A DNA stretch of 63,862 bases, counting the filler, from Octopus bimaculoides (taxonomy: Eukaryota), in the NCBI RefSeq assembly GCF_001194135.2. It is 5 parts of 4 records of this genome, joined end to end, with 100 filler letters (N's around TTAATTAATTAA, not from the genome) between each part and the next. Parts side by side here need not be neighbours in the genome. Positions count along the whole stretch, not along the records: positions 1 to 27,603 come from NC_068983.1; 4 more parts are not named here. One strand, 5' to 3'. The translations under genes were made by a program, and so were the position numbers. Positions 14,078 through 27,184 of the stretch are shown piece after piece. The notes beneath the pieces are model-generated. The model was not told where the DNA came from, did not search any database, and saw only the letters and a program-made list of their open reading frames with translations. Position 1 is the stretch's first letter, and every line of letters begins with the position of its first letter.

Positions 14078-14618
14078 CAGTAGTTTTATTTTTATAACGT
14101 GCTTTCACTTCACTTGCGAGCGCAGCTCTGTGTGCCTTGGGTATGTGCTGTGGTTTGCTGTGGTGCTCTTATGTTTACTGTATTGAAAGTGTTTTGCGTA
14201 GAATGTGTGCAGTACCCAGTAGTGCAATTTTCTGTATGTTATATATATTTGTAAGTCCTGGTATTTTTGTTATGTATTTGTCTGAATATTTTTTTATTAT
14301 ACCTAAGGCACCTACTATGAAAGGAATTNNNNNNNNNNNNNNNNNNNNTTTCTGTTTTTAGATTCCACATTCGAGTTATCTCTATTTCCAGGTCTTTGTA
14401 TTTTGAAAGTTTTTCCATTTCTTTTAGAGAAACGTTGTCATCTGCTGGTATTGATACATCAATTAGAAAGCATTTTTTTTCTTCATGATCTTTGACAACT
14501 ATATCTGGTCTATTTGCCTTAATTTCTCTATCTGTGTGTATTGGCATATCCCAGAGTATGGTTGCTTTCTCGTTTTCTGTGACTTTTTCTGGCGTGTGTT
14601 TATACCATCTTTTTTCTG

Positions 14619-14625
<7 letters not shown>
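14078..14625 (-). mobile_element. 5'-truncated non-LTR retrotransposon with restriction-like endonuclease (R4/Dong-like), family A, copy 1
   Basis: ORF ...ILWDMPIHTDREIKANRPDIVVKDHEEKKCFLIDVSIP...EKLSKYKDL...LLGTAHILRKTLSIQ* has the PD..D REL motif. Both ends abut (TAA)n. Confidence 0.85.
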
Positions 14626-14686
<61 letters not shown>

Positions 14687-14687
14687 T

Positions 14688-16408
14688 ATTGTCTTTGCAC
14701 AGCTTCTAACGCTGTACTACGGTGTCAGCTGCTCACTACCAGTGAACTAAAGACACCCCATATTTTCCGAGCACCACCCGGAGTATTCGAGCGGCTCAAA
14801 GCAGTACTGTTTTCTGCAAGCGCTCCACCCTTACTGCAGCCCCTATTTGTTCCGTGTACTTCTCAAGATTTTTGCTCACTGTTCCCAGAACTCCCACAAT
14901 TATTGGTACTACTACCACCTTTTTCAGCGACCACAACTGCTTAACCTACAAAGCTAACCTTTTATCTCTACCGACATTTCTTTCTTCCTTATCGCATACC
15001 TTGTTGTCAGCTGGGCATGCTATATCTATGATCCAGAATTGTTTGCTTTCTTTCTCAATTAACACTATGTTTGGTTTCCTATTCTCTATCTCATGGTCAC
15101 ACTGAATCATAAAATCTCATAGGATCTTTGCCTTATCATTTTCGATGATGCCTTCGGGTTTATGTTGATACCATTTTTTTGCTCTGTCAAGTCCATACTT
15201 GTTTCAAAGTGTCCAATGGATAATCCTTGCTATGTTGTCATGATATCTCTTATATTCTTTCTGGACTAGTGGTGTACATTGACTGATAATATGCAATACG
15301 GTTTCACCATTTTGTCCACAAATTCTGTAGCTATCACTTTTTTATGTGTTGTCTATTCTGTATTTGTTGTAATTGGTTCTTAATGCTTGCTATTTGGCAG
15401 CACAGATTAGAGCCTCCGTTTCCGGTTTCAAATCACTTTTAGTCATCCATAGCCATCTGTTTTCCCTGTCTGCCTTATCTTCAACATACCTATGTAATTG
15501 TCCATGCATTCTTTTCTTTATCCACCTATTTTCAGTTTCATTCATTCTCAAGTCTTTGTACAGTGCTTTATCTTTGCAATCTTCCATCCTACACAAGTCT
15601 GACCTTCTCACTTCTAATAATAGCGGTTCTGTGGTATTTTTTACATACCATGCAATGTGAAGTATCCCATATCTAGTCAGCAACTTCTTTGTCTTTCTAA
15701 GCTGTTTAGTTCGTCTACTGTCCATGCGATTACCTCTGCTCCACATCTAAAGGCTGAAACCGCCCAGGTGTTGATAGCTTCAATCTTATTTTGTCTGTTT
15801 AATTCAGACTTAAGGATCAGTCTCAATCTGTGCAAGTACTCCACCTTGAATTTTTCAGTCATTTCTTTCTCCATCAATTTATCCATTTCCAATATTCCCA
15901 AGTATCTATAACCCGTCTCTTCTCTCTGCTTCATAACCGACGGTATCACTAGCCCGTCCATACATCTGATTGTGTCTCCCTTCAAGATTAACACACCACA
16001 CTTTTTCAGTATGCACCCCATTCTAATATCAGCACTGAAACACCGTATCAACGAGGAAACTGACTTGGGATTCATCTTTACCGTAAAGTTTGAGGTCATC
16101 CATGAATAACAAGTAGTTGACGTTTTGTTGGCGGCTATTGAATACATATCCAGCCTTTGTTTTCCTCAGAATCAGTGTTAGTGGTATCATGCACAGTACA
16201 AAGATCAGTGGGGACAGGCAATCCCCTTGCAAGATGCCTCTCCCGATTTCTATTGTCCCTAAACTTTTCCCATATGCCGTCAGTTCTGCCCTCCACTTCG
16301 CCATACTTTTCCAAGCAATCGCTCAACATTCGATGCAATACCCAATGAATGTGGGATCATATCGTACGCCTTACGATAAACGATACATGACATGCCTAAG
16401 TTAGTTTT
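14688..16408 (-). mobile_element. Older, frameshifted R4/Dong-like LINE (RT, CCHC and REL regions)
   Basis: RT motifs RGILQGDCLSPLIF and LLFMDDLKLY, then YLGILE, NKIEAINTWAV, LKPETEALICAA and further CCHC/REL remnants. 3' end runs into the (TAA)n tract at 14622-14687. Confidence 0.85.
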
Positions 16409-16583
16409 CTCCTCCCTCCTCCTCCTCCTCCTCCTCCTCCNNNNNNNNNNNNNNNNNNNNNNNNNNNNNNNNNNNNNNNNNNNNNNNNNNNNNNNNNNNN
16501 NNNNNNNNNNNNNNNNNNNNNNNNNNNNNCATTATTATTATTATTATTATTATTGTTGTTGTTGTTGTTGTTGCTGTTATTAT

Positions 16584-17018
16584 AGCGGCGAACTGGCAGA
16601 ATCGTCAGCACGCTGGGCAAAATTCTTAGCCCATCTTTACGATCTGAGTTCAAATTCCGACGAGGTCAACTTTGATTTTCATCCTTTTGGGGCTGATAGA
16701 TTAAGTACCAGTGAAACACTGGGGTCGATGTAATCAACTAGTCCCTCCCCATCATAAATTTGAGGCCTTGTGCCTCCAGTAGAAAGGATTATTATTATTA
16801 TTAAGGCGGCAAGCTGACAGAATCGTTAGCACGCCGGTAAAAATGCTAAGCAGCATTTCGCCCGTCTTTACGTTCTGAGTTCAGATTCCGTGGAGGTCGA
16901 CTTTGCCTTTCATCCTTTCGGGGTCGATAAATTAAGTACCAGTTGCGTACTGGGGTCAATCTAATCGACTGGCCCCCTCCCCCAAAACATTTCAGGCTTT
17001 GTGCCTATAGCAGAAAGG
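16584..17018 (+). mobile_element. Two head-to-tail SINE family 1 copies (16584-16787, 16804-17018)
   Basis: Two full units separated only by an (ATT)n tail. Confidence 0.85.
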
Positions 17019-17856
17019 ATTATTATTATTATCATCCTCAACATCATCATTATTATTGTTATCATCATCATCATAATCATCATCATCATCATCATCATCA
17101 TCACCATCACCATCATCATCATCATCATTATTATTTGTTAAGTTATGCCACATATCCTTATAAGAAAACAAGAAAAAGAAGCCAAAGAAAATTGATCTCG
17201 GTAAAAATATTCGCAAGAAAACATTGTGAACTGACTCTTGTGTTAATTTTGTTTGGTAGGAGTGTCACCATTATAGATGATCTGTGAAACCTTTTATTGA
17301 TAACAGGGATTCCAATACTTGAAAATACACAAAGAATATAGTTTTAAACAGTATAAACCATGTTCTGTTTTGATTTCAGTTTTATCTCGTTCTTGTTTTA
17401 ACTCATACATTCTGGAGTGAAATCTTTCCATAGGGGGACTACTTGCACAATTCTTGAGTGCGCACATTATTTTTTAATTCTCAAACATTTCTTCCGAAAA
17501 TTCTCAAAAATGGAATTCACCTCTGGAATAAAAAAATGTTCCTGATAAAGGAGAGTTCATAAATACTCATGTCCACCCCGAGAAAATATTACCGTACTTT
17601 GTCAAATAATGTGTGGTCTTTTCAAATGATCGGTAATTACTTTTGGAATAGCTTACTTTTCTCCAGACAGTGTATTATGGAATGAAAATTGAAGTAAATT
17701 CTCACCCTCAACTCCACCATTCCATAATTTTAACTTTTCAAAAACTGCTTTGTAATGTTTGTGTTGTTTCTTCATCTCTTGGAGAACTAGGGTCGATATA
17801 ATCAATTATTCCTCTCCCACAACATTCCAGGTCTGGTGCCTATGGTAGAAAGGAGT

Positions 17857-17889
<33 letters not shown>

Positions 17890-18879
17890 CTGTCTCTATT
17901 ACAGAAGCAACACTGGCACAAAGAAGAGAATATTCTGGAAACGTTCTCCGAGAGATGAAGAAACAGGTCTCGTGATAATAAATTTGCATCATATCTTTGT
18001 AGCTGAAGATTCTTGATATATTCGAGAGATAAGCAAGCTTTAAATTTCACTTATTTAAGATATTTCTGTATTTATCTCTACCTCTTCACAGAGAAATGAC
18101 TCCAGTTCTTTCTTCAGTTCAAAATCTAGATTAACTACTTTTCCTGATCATAATCACTGAACAGAAATGGATTGTGCAACTTTGTATACGCTAACGTAGG
18201 AAGCATTCGCAGCGCTGTTCACCTTTTCATAAACAGTCTCTATTTAATCGAGAAGCAGCCACTTTAGAAATAATTATTGTGCACTCAAATTAATCACGTT
18301 CATGTTTCAACTAGAGAGCGTGACACAATTTTAGACGCTGTCTGAGCATAGTGGACTTCATGGAATCAAAATCTCTAAACAAACCAAGCATTAGGAAGCA
18401 TCCAGAACTTCTTATTCTTGAGAAGCAAATTCACTTTCAACGTAGTCTTTGGAAGATTTGTATTTAACTTTACTTCAGCTCAATTACAAATTTACAAAGC
18501 TGTTTATTCGTAAAACTATTAGCAATATATTAGCAATATGTTGACAAATAGCAATATATAAATCTTATCAATATATCAACTTAGTTACTTACAAGTTAAT
18601 ACTTTTAAAAAACTTGTAACTTAAAAATTAACATGACATGATGTTTTAAACAGCTGAACAGAATGGAAATTTTAAAAATACTGGATGACTTTATTCTAAA
18701 AGGAAGGAAAAAATGTTCTGTTTGAATTTCAAGATTCGATTAATAATAATAATTCTTATGATCGTACCATAACGTTACCAACGACGCTGTTGTTCAACAA
18801 TTGCAATATAAAATAAAATGCAAAAACACAAACACAAACACAAAAAAAAACAGATAGAGAAAATCCAGAGATAGAAAGA

Positions 18880-19350
18880 AAGAGAGACAGACAGACAAGC
18901 AGACGGGCAAAGACAGAGAGAGAAGAACCAAAGAGAGAGAGAAGAACCAAGGAGAGAGAGAGAAAGCGAGAGAGAGAAGAACCAAGGAGAGAGAGAGAGA
19001 GAAAGCGAGAGAGTGTGTCATAGGGTGTTAGAGGTGCAGTAGAAAAAGAGAGAAGCTATAGAAAAAGAGAAGGCATATCGTAAGAGAGAAGGGATAGAAT
19101 GAAAGAGAAGCTATAGAGAGAGAAAGCAACGGTGGGAGAGAGGCCATACAGAGAGAAGCTATAGCGAGAGAGAGAAAGAGAGAAAGAAAGAGAGAGGGTG
19201 AGGGAGAGAGAGAAAGAGAGAGGGAGATAAGGGGAGAGAGAGGGAGATAAGGGGAGAGAGAGGGAGATAAGGGGAGAGAGAGGGAGATAAGGGGAGAGAG
19301 AGGGAGATAAGGGGAGAGAGAGGGTAGGAGGGAGGGAGATAGAGATAGAG
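18880..19350. repeat. GA-rich compound microsatellite with a 20-bp unit (AGGGAGATAAGGGGAGAGAG)n
   Basis: About five 20-bp copies at about 19221-19320 inside a (GA)n-rich tract. Confidence 0.85.
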
Positions 19351-19739
19351 AGAAATCCAAGTAATTACAAATGTCCGTTACATTTTTGCACATCTTTAGG
19401 GACGAGTTAAAATGCATTCACTACGTGAGTAAAGATAAATTGTTTGAATCAATGAGAAATGCTATCACTCTCTATGAAATCACATGCCACCGTCTTAAAG
19501 AAGGAAGAACATGTTGGAAAATGCAGTCATATATACACTGTCTGAAAAGAACGCTTTTGGTGGTATGCCTGTTCAATCTCATAGCTGACTGGGATTGCAT
19601 CATCATCAGTGTCGTCGTCGTCGCCGTAATACAACTACTACTACTATTACTACTACTACTACTACTACTACTAATAATAATAATAATAAAGATGGCTACA
19701 GCAAATATTCTGCTCAATACCACAGATTTGCTTGTCAGT

Positions 19740-20110
19740 TGTTTGACCTTAACCAGTTGAGCATGTCCCTTAGTGGCTGACGATATGTGCATCTCTGATC
19801 ACGAACAGAAGTAGTCGTGGAGTATCATAGCTATGTGTTGAGAGGAAGTTTTGGGGCCTTGGATAATTCACCACTGGAAACATGGGTGTTTCGTTCAACA
19901 TCCTTAAACAACCCTTATTCAGGAACCTTTTGAGCGGGATGGGTCACTCGATTTAAATATAATTCTAACTGGGCACCACCTGCAAAGTCATGCGCTGGTT
20001 ATCTTGGTATGATATCACCATGTCGCGCACATGTGATTGTGATGCATGTGCCGGCTGTACCTTTATCAGACGGGTAATCATGATGAGTATACTGGGCTTC
20101 GTATATTATA
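19740..20110 (+). repeat. Interspersed repeat family 3 (homologous copy on the minus strand at about 60905-61080)
   Basis: Shared block AATTCTAACTGGG(C/G)CCCACCTGC(A/G)AAGTCATGCGCTG..ATCACCATGTCGCGCACAT..GATGCATGTGCC..TTATCAGACGGGTA. Confidence 0.7.
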
Positions 20111-20241
20111 TCCAACTGGTACTTATTTATCGACCCCTAAATGATGAAAGACAATATAAGCATCAGTCGAAGACTGGGGTCTATGTAATCTACTTACCCA
20201 CTTTCTCGAGCTTGTTGGCCTTGTGCCAAGATTTGAAACTA

Positions 20242-20291
<50 letters not shown>

Positions 20292-20334
20292 GTCATTATT
20301 ATTATCATCATCATTATCATCATCATCATCATTA

Positions 20335-20775
20335 AGGCAGCAAGCAGGCTGAATCGTTAGCACGCCGAGTAAAATGCATAGTGGCATTTTGTCCATCTTT
20401 ACATTCTGAGTTCAAATTCTACCGAGATCGACTTTGGTTTTCAACCTTTCGGGGGTCGATAAATTAAGTATCAGTTGAGTACTAGGGTTGATGTAGTCGA
20501 CTATCCCCTCCTCCAAATTTGAAACCTTGCACTTAAAGTAGAAAGGATTATCATTATTATAAAGGCGGCGAACTGGCAGAACCGTTAGTATGCCGGACAA
20601 AATGCTTAACGACATTTCTCCCGCCTTACGTTCTGACTTCAAATTTCACAGAAGTCGGTTTTGCCGTTCATAAGTTGAGACCGATGAAATAAGTACCAAC
20701 TGAGCACTAGGGTCGATATAATCAATTATTCCTCTCCCGCAACATTCCAGGTCTGGTGCCTATGGTAGAAAGGAG
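20335..20775 (+). mobile_element. Two head-to-tail SINE family 1 copies (20335-20549, 20563-20775)
   Basis: Two full units separated by a short (ATT)n. Confidence 0.85.
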
Positions 20776-22238
20776 TGTTGTTGTTGTTGTTGTTGTTCTG
20801 TCTCTATTACAGAAGCAACACTAGCACAAAGAAGAGAATATTCTGGAAACGTTCTCCGAGAGATGAAGAAACAACACATTATACATTACGTTTATTAAAC
20901 TTTCAAGAGTTTCTAGTGTTGAGTTAGAAACATGTTTGTACTGAAATGTTACTAGATTTTGAATTTTACCGAAATATATCTTTGCTTCACTGCACCTGTT
21001 TACTCTCAAGAGCTCAAGAAAATCTGATTATTCAGCAAATGACATTTGTTATTGTCATCAGGTAACTTTTCGACACTCATCATCATCATTACCAGCACTG
21101 ATGTTGTCGTCATCATCATCATCAGAAGTATAAGTTACCTTTGTTAATATTCTCATTAACATTTAATCCAAAGATCTACAATGAATTTACACTTGTATTG
21201 ATAAGTCTGTCGATATTCCTTAGTGTTCAATCTAATCCTTATAAGCCCGGTAAAAATAGATTTGACAAACATTTTTATCCTGTTTTTCATATATATGTGT
21301 GTGAATTTGTGTGTGTATTAAGAGGATTATTTTAATAATGTTATAACGATTAACTGAATAATAACACGTACAAGCACGTTTGTTGCTGCGTCTAAATATT
21401 TTAAATTTTAAAATGTCACGTGTTTAGAAACATTACCAAGGTAGACTATCTTGACAATGTACCTACATGGCATAGAAATCACAAACGTGACATATATACG
21501 ATGTTCCGTCTATAAACAGTCTACACATATATCATAGATAGACTCCAGAGACCACTAACAGAGACATGGCAACAGAAAGTTTTCAATAGTGCAAATTTGA
21601 ATGACAGTGCATATCAAGGAAATAATCATGTAAAACGCTGACTTAAAGTTTGAACATATGCAACTAAACCCTTGCAGTTGCACACAATTCGTAGTGATCT
21701 CTAAATGTCTCCCCCGTATGTAAATAACTGTATCGCTAAGTCATTTTCCTTTCCAGCCCATATTAATAGTTGATTCTCTATAAAGTGTTGCTGCGACACC
21801 CAAAAGAATGTTGCTTATATATTAGATGCACTGCTGGCGCTATACACTCGCTATATGTTCTAGATCACCTCCTCTACACCCAAAACTACCCAACCGATGA
21901 AAAGTTCTCTGCCATTCTCGATGGTGAGCGCATTCTTTAGACACATGTACAATTAAAGCAACGTTCAGCCAAATCACCGTGACACAATAAGACCGACCCA
22001 TTGACCTGAAAATGCAGTCCAGAGAAAATATGGGAGAAAGAAAAGAAATAACTCGGATTTGAATTAACTCGATATTCTATAGACTTTACCAAAGAGCAAA
22101 ATTTAATTCGGCGAGGTTTGACCTCAGAACGCAAAGCATTCAAAACGACGCTTTAAGGACCCTGCAAAATTGCTGCTTATGCTTATAGTAAAATATGTTA
22201 TAATGATTGGTTGTATATTAAATTATTTTTGTACTCAC

Positions 22239-22454
22239 CAGTTATATTCTTTCTCGATACTTCCAAAAACAATTTCTGCGCCTCTCCAGGAAGCATAAAT
22301 ACTATAACAACTTTGATGCGATCATCCTCGTTAAGTTTATCAAGGGCGTTCCGAATTGATTTTTCGTCTATACTGCTGTTTCTATGAGCTTGTATGGACA
22401 AGCTGTTCAGACATACATTTTGTTTCGCAGCTTCGTTCTCCAGCAGTAACAAAC
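22239..22454 (-). CDS. Class C GPCR, internal exon (middle of the Venus flytrap domain)
   Basis: 216-nt exon (G)LLLLENEAAKQNVCLNSLSI...KLNEDDRIKVVIVFMLPGEAQKLFLEVSRKNIT(G), matching the VFT segment 'F...A....VC...' to 'VVIVF' to 'N.TG'. Acceptor gcaacAG at 22456-22455, donor GTGAGT at 22238. It splices in frame to ITWIASEAW across a 13,452-bp intron. Confidence 0.88.
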
Positions 22455-24460
22455 CTGTTGCAATAGTTTAAATCATATTTTAAAGTATATTAAAGCCAAA
22501 TATCTTAATTCGTCAGTTATTAACACATCATGAAGTAATGAGGAAGCCTCTATGCGGTTCATTGACAGAACTACAGTAGCTAAGATACATTTGATCATAG
22601 GTTTACTCACCCATAAGTGACTTGGGACGAAAAAACAATAACAACAACAACAATAGCATAAACTTCATGAAATAAAAACGAAATCCAGTAACTAAAATCC
22701 CAATATTTTGATTTCGAGCCCAAAACTTTTGCCGCTAGGACCACGTGCACTAAAAGCCACTAAAATCATTTCTTCCAAATCATATATAACCGTCTTAAGT
22801 AAAGGAGGACACAAGAGTTAGTGTAGTCCCGAATAGATAAATTTACTAGTTGGTATCGGCTAGAATGTCCCTGATAATAGGTGCCTGCCTTTGATGAGGT
22901 TTATACAACACCATCGAGTACATATTTACTGAAAATTTCTATAACATAGTATTATTTATTACAGAACGTATAGCCGTTGTATATAAATCTCAGTTTCACC
23001 TTATATAGTGTATTTTTCAGTTCTACACAATATATTGTATTTCTTTAATTGTAGACAACATAGTGTATTTTTATAACTACAAATTATGAAATTCTTTACC
23101 TACATGATATAGGTACGTTATTGTGTATATCTCAGATATACACAATAATGTATTTTTCCGTCGCGAGAAAGCGCTGCCTTGTCACTCAAAGAGAGATTGC
23201 ATCAGTATAGACCTTGATACACGATGCTTGAAAAAGTATTAAAAACAGTCTAGTCTTAACTGAAATGCCTTTGATCACATGTCTACTTGATCAGAGCTGA
23301 TCTAGGAATGAACAACTAACAAACACTTCCCCTCTATATATTCTCATCTTCTAACTCTCATGCTACACCTTACCTTTCATTCCTACCTTTACTGGAATGT
23401 GTTCCTTTAGAATTTTAACTCTTTCATTCATTTTTACTTCTGTTATTAACATTCAACTGTTAAAGAATAGATATTAAAAGTGTTAACCTCAATAATAACC
23501 CTTGATCTAGTTAATCTCGCATGAGCAGATTCGTTAGTTACTGTGGAAAGGCTGGAAAATTAATGGACGTTGATGCTTCTCTTAAAAACTAACAAAAAAC
23601 CTATATGGCACTAGCTTTGGTCATAGAAATATTCTGAAACCTTTCATAAACGTATTTGTATCCATCTTAAATCTATCAAAATGATATTGTGCGTCAATAT
23701 TGTTCTTGTTTTAAGACCATAAGCTTAGGTTAGAAATAATTACTAAGGGAAAAGTGTTGGTAGAAATACTACTGGAATAGATGCTTTGCAGTAATTTCTC
23801 TTGTCTCTCTTTAATTTAAAGTCTGCCCAACTGTGCTTTGTTTTTCATCTTTCTGTAGCTGGAAGAAAAATATAAATCAGAAATATGTTGGAATCAATCT
23901 CAAAAGAAAAAAACATATCTTATATGCCTACATCAAAATATATTAATAACGCGTTCATTGATAGCATCTCAGCTGTATTTCAATGCCTTTAAAATGTTTT
24001 TATAAAATTTCCCGATTAATATATATTTTTGGGAAAGTTTTCATGAGAGCAGGTACATGAATGTTTGGTTAGCGTTAATATTGAATCGAACTTTTATGCC
24101 TTTCACTACTTTCTAATATTCTGCTATACTCACCTATTTATTTCAGATTTGCCTACTGATCAGACAGCTGAATATTGTTGTAATTATTATATAAATATTA
24201 TCAAAGAATACTAGCTTGGCTGCGTAGACTTCAAGCGCTCTCATCAAATCACACATATAAACACTCACAGACACACCACACACACACACACACACACACA
24301 CNNNNNNNNNNNNNNNNNNNNNNNNNNNNNNNNNNNNNNNNNNNNNNNNNNNNNNNNNNNNNNNNNNNNNNNNNNNNNNNNNNNNNNNNNNNNNNNNNNN
24401 NNNNNNNNNNNNNNNNNNNNNNNNNNNNNNNNNNNNNNNNNNNNNNNNNNNNNNNNNNNN

Positions 24461-24493
<33 letters not shown>

Positions 24494-25493
24494 ATTACAT
24501 TAATGCTCATTCTTGTGAAACATCATTAAATGCGGAAAAGGGAGAAACGAGAAAATCGAGTGAGAGAGCGGGTGAGTACGTGTGTGTATGTGTACGTGTG
24601 TTTTATGTGTTGTGTATGTATGTGTGCGTGTTTGTGTATGCGTAAGAGAGAGAAAGAGAGTAAAAGAGAACGGGAGAAAGAAAGGGTGACAGTAATTATG
24701 TTCTTGGATGTTTGTATTTATACGGTAATATTCACCGGGCGCATCACAAAGAACGAAAACCAGTTTGTAGATATATTACTTCGACATATATATCAAGTAT
24801 TTATTGGTCAGGTTAAGGATGCAAACATTCCGAAGATTTGTCAGGCGATAGATGCCTATTGGCTTTCATTAACTGCCGTTTAACCCGTATATTCGACCAC
24901 CAATGATCAGAAGACAGAATATATCAAAATATGCGAGTATGTATGTTAATGTGTTTGTTTAATGTATATTCCGTATGTAAGCATTATACGTGTGTGCCTC
25001 TGTGTGTGCGTGTGTGTGTGTGTGTATGCACGCGCGCGTTTGTGTGTGTGTGTGTTTGCGTGTGTGTGTATTTGTGTGTGTATGTGTGTGGTGAGTATGG
25101 AACGTAAATACAGACGTGTGAGTGAGTATGTGGAACAAATTCAGACGCACTGCTTTTGTATGTGGTGTCAGTGTAAAGATAGACGAAGGAAGACCAATAT
25201 ACATAAGGGTGTACATACAAACCTACACATATATTTGCGTAGTGTAGCGTGAGTGAGATATTTAACGTTAAAATTACTCAAAAGTCAATACGAGGCAAAT
25301 TCCAGAAGACAAGTTCACATTATATCAAATATTTCGATATTTCGGGGCTAAAACTCCTTTTCCAAAATAAAATGGATAGTTTTAAGTTTCTACCCTTTTG
25401 CGCAGATAAATGGGAGCATCTCGTAACATACACATAATATATACCCATGTTTTCTCTCCCTCACACACACACACACACACTGACACACACACT

Positions 25494-25524
<31 letters not shown>

Positions 25525-25609
25525 TCACACACACACACTCACACACACACACACTCACACACACACACACACACTCACACACACACACACACATACACAC
25601 ACACACACT

Positions 25610-25640
<31 letters not shown>

Positions 25641-25709
25641 ACACACACAGTATGTGCGTGTATGCGTATGATGAACAGAAAGTTATATAGACAGACAAAT
25701 TGATAGATG

Positions 25710-25741
<32 letters not shown>

Positions 25742-25814
25742 CATACATACATACATACATACATACATACATACATGCATACATACATACATACAACTAC
25801 TTCAAAACCTTCAG

Positions 25815-26010
25815 CTTTTATATCCGGATCACAAATTTACATTTATATCAATAATAATTGGAGCACTCGGTTTTGTAAGTAAATGCCGAACTATCAGTTT
25901 GGATAAGCTTGGATTTTCAGTAAAAGAAATCAACCAACTGACTTGCGCATTACAAATACAATCTGTAAGCGGAAGAATTAAACCATGCATGACTTTTCTC
26001 AGTTTTAAAA
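25815..26010 (+). mobile_element. Decayed REL-LINE C-terminal fragment
   Basis: LYPDHKFTFISIIIGALGFVSKC...LQIQSVSGRIK resembles the terminal 'IIIGALG...LQ...G..I' segment of REL-endonuclease LINEs. Confidence 0.5.
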
Positions 26011-27089
26011 TATGACATTGTTTTCCTTATTTCCATTTCAAAGCTGGATCTTTGTATCTTTGTTTAGAAATCAGCTCCTTCTTCAAAGAAGAATTTATAT
26101 GGTTAAAAACAGAAGCGAAATACGCACACACACACACACACACACATAAATATATACATACATAAATACATTAAAAATGTTATGCTAACAGCATTCCGTT
26201 GGCTTTTATACAAGCAGACCTTTAGAGTTAATGTGTGTTACATAATGTACACATGTTATAGAAGCCAAAAATGAAATAACAATGACAGCAAAGAAGTGAG
26301 TGCAAAAATCAATTGCAATTGTCATATTGCTTGAGACGTCTTGTGATTTGGAAAACGATTTAAAAATACAGTCACAATAAAGAAGAAATGAAAAATCATA
26401 TTTTGAATTTTCCTTTAGACTTAAAAGTAGACATTTTACAAGAAGCGTAATTTTATTTTATCTTGAGTCTTGAAGTGTTTCTTCCCATTAATGTCAATTG
26501 GAAAAATTAAGAACATTGTAAGCTGGAAGAAACTTGTTTTGACATTTAATAGTATGTAAACTTATCTCTCTTCCTTGTCTTCTCTGCCACAACTACAAGA
26601 GTTTCTGATCTTTTAAGATAACTATTTGCGTATTAAGTTTGCCCAAATGTATTCGTTACATTCTCCGGCAGGGGATGGTGGTGAACCCTGCTGTACTCTT
26701 CCACCACAACTTTCTCTCACTCTTACTTCCTGTTTCTGTTGTGCCTGTAATTCAAAGGGTCAGCCTTGTCACACTGTGTCACGCTGATTTTCCCCGAGAA
26801 CTACGTTAAGGGTACACGTGTCTGTGGAGTGCTCAACCACTTGCACGTTAATTTCACGAGCAGGCTGTTCCGTTGATAGGATCAACTGGAACCCTCGACG
26901 TCGTAAGCGCCGAAGTGCCAACAACATTCGTTACATTAATTTAATTCATTTCCTTTTCCGCCGTTTTCCCTCTCCACCTTCAAGCTCCTACACTAATCAC
27001 TATATCAAAAGTTTCTCTAGGATCACAAAGTTGCACAATAACATTTCTGCTTTTCCTAATTATTTTCTTTTCCAGTCAGCTGTCAGATT

Positions 27090-27184
27090 GCTCACTCGCT
27101 GTTACTTAGGGAATCCCGGTTGGTTTCTTTTCCTTCGTTTAGTGATATGCTTAAGTTCCGTGGGTAATCTCGTCCTAGTCGAAA
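27090..27184 (-). pseudogene. Second, shorter 28S rRNA 5'-terminal fragment (about the first 100 nt)
   Basis: Reverse complement TTTCGACTAGGACGAGATTACCCACGGAACTTAAGCATATCACTAAACGAAGGAAAAGAAACCAACCGGGATTCCCTAAGTAACAGCGAGTGAGC matches the LSU 5' end. Confidence 0.85.
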
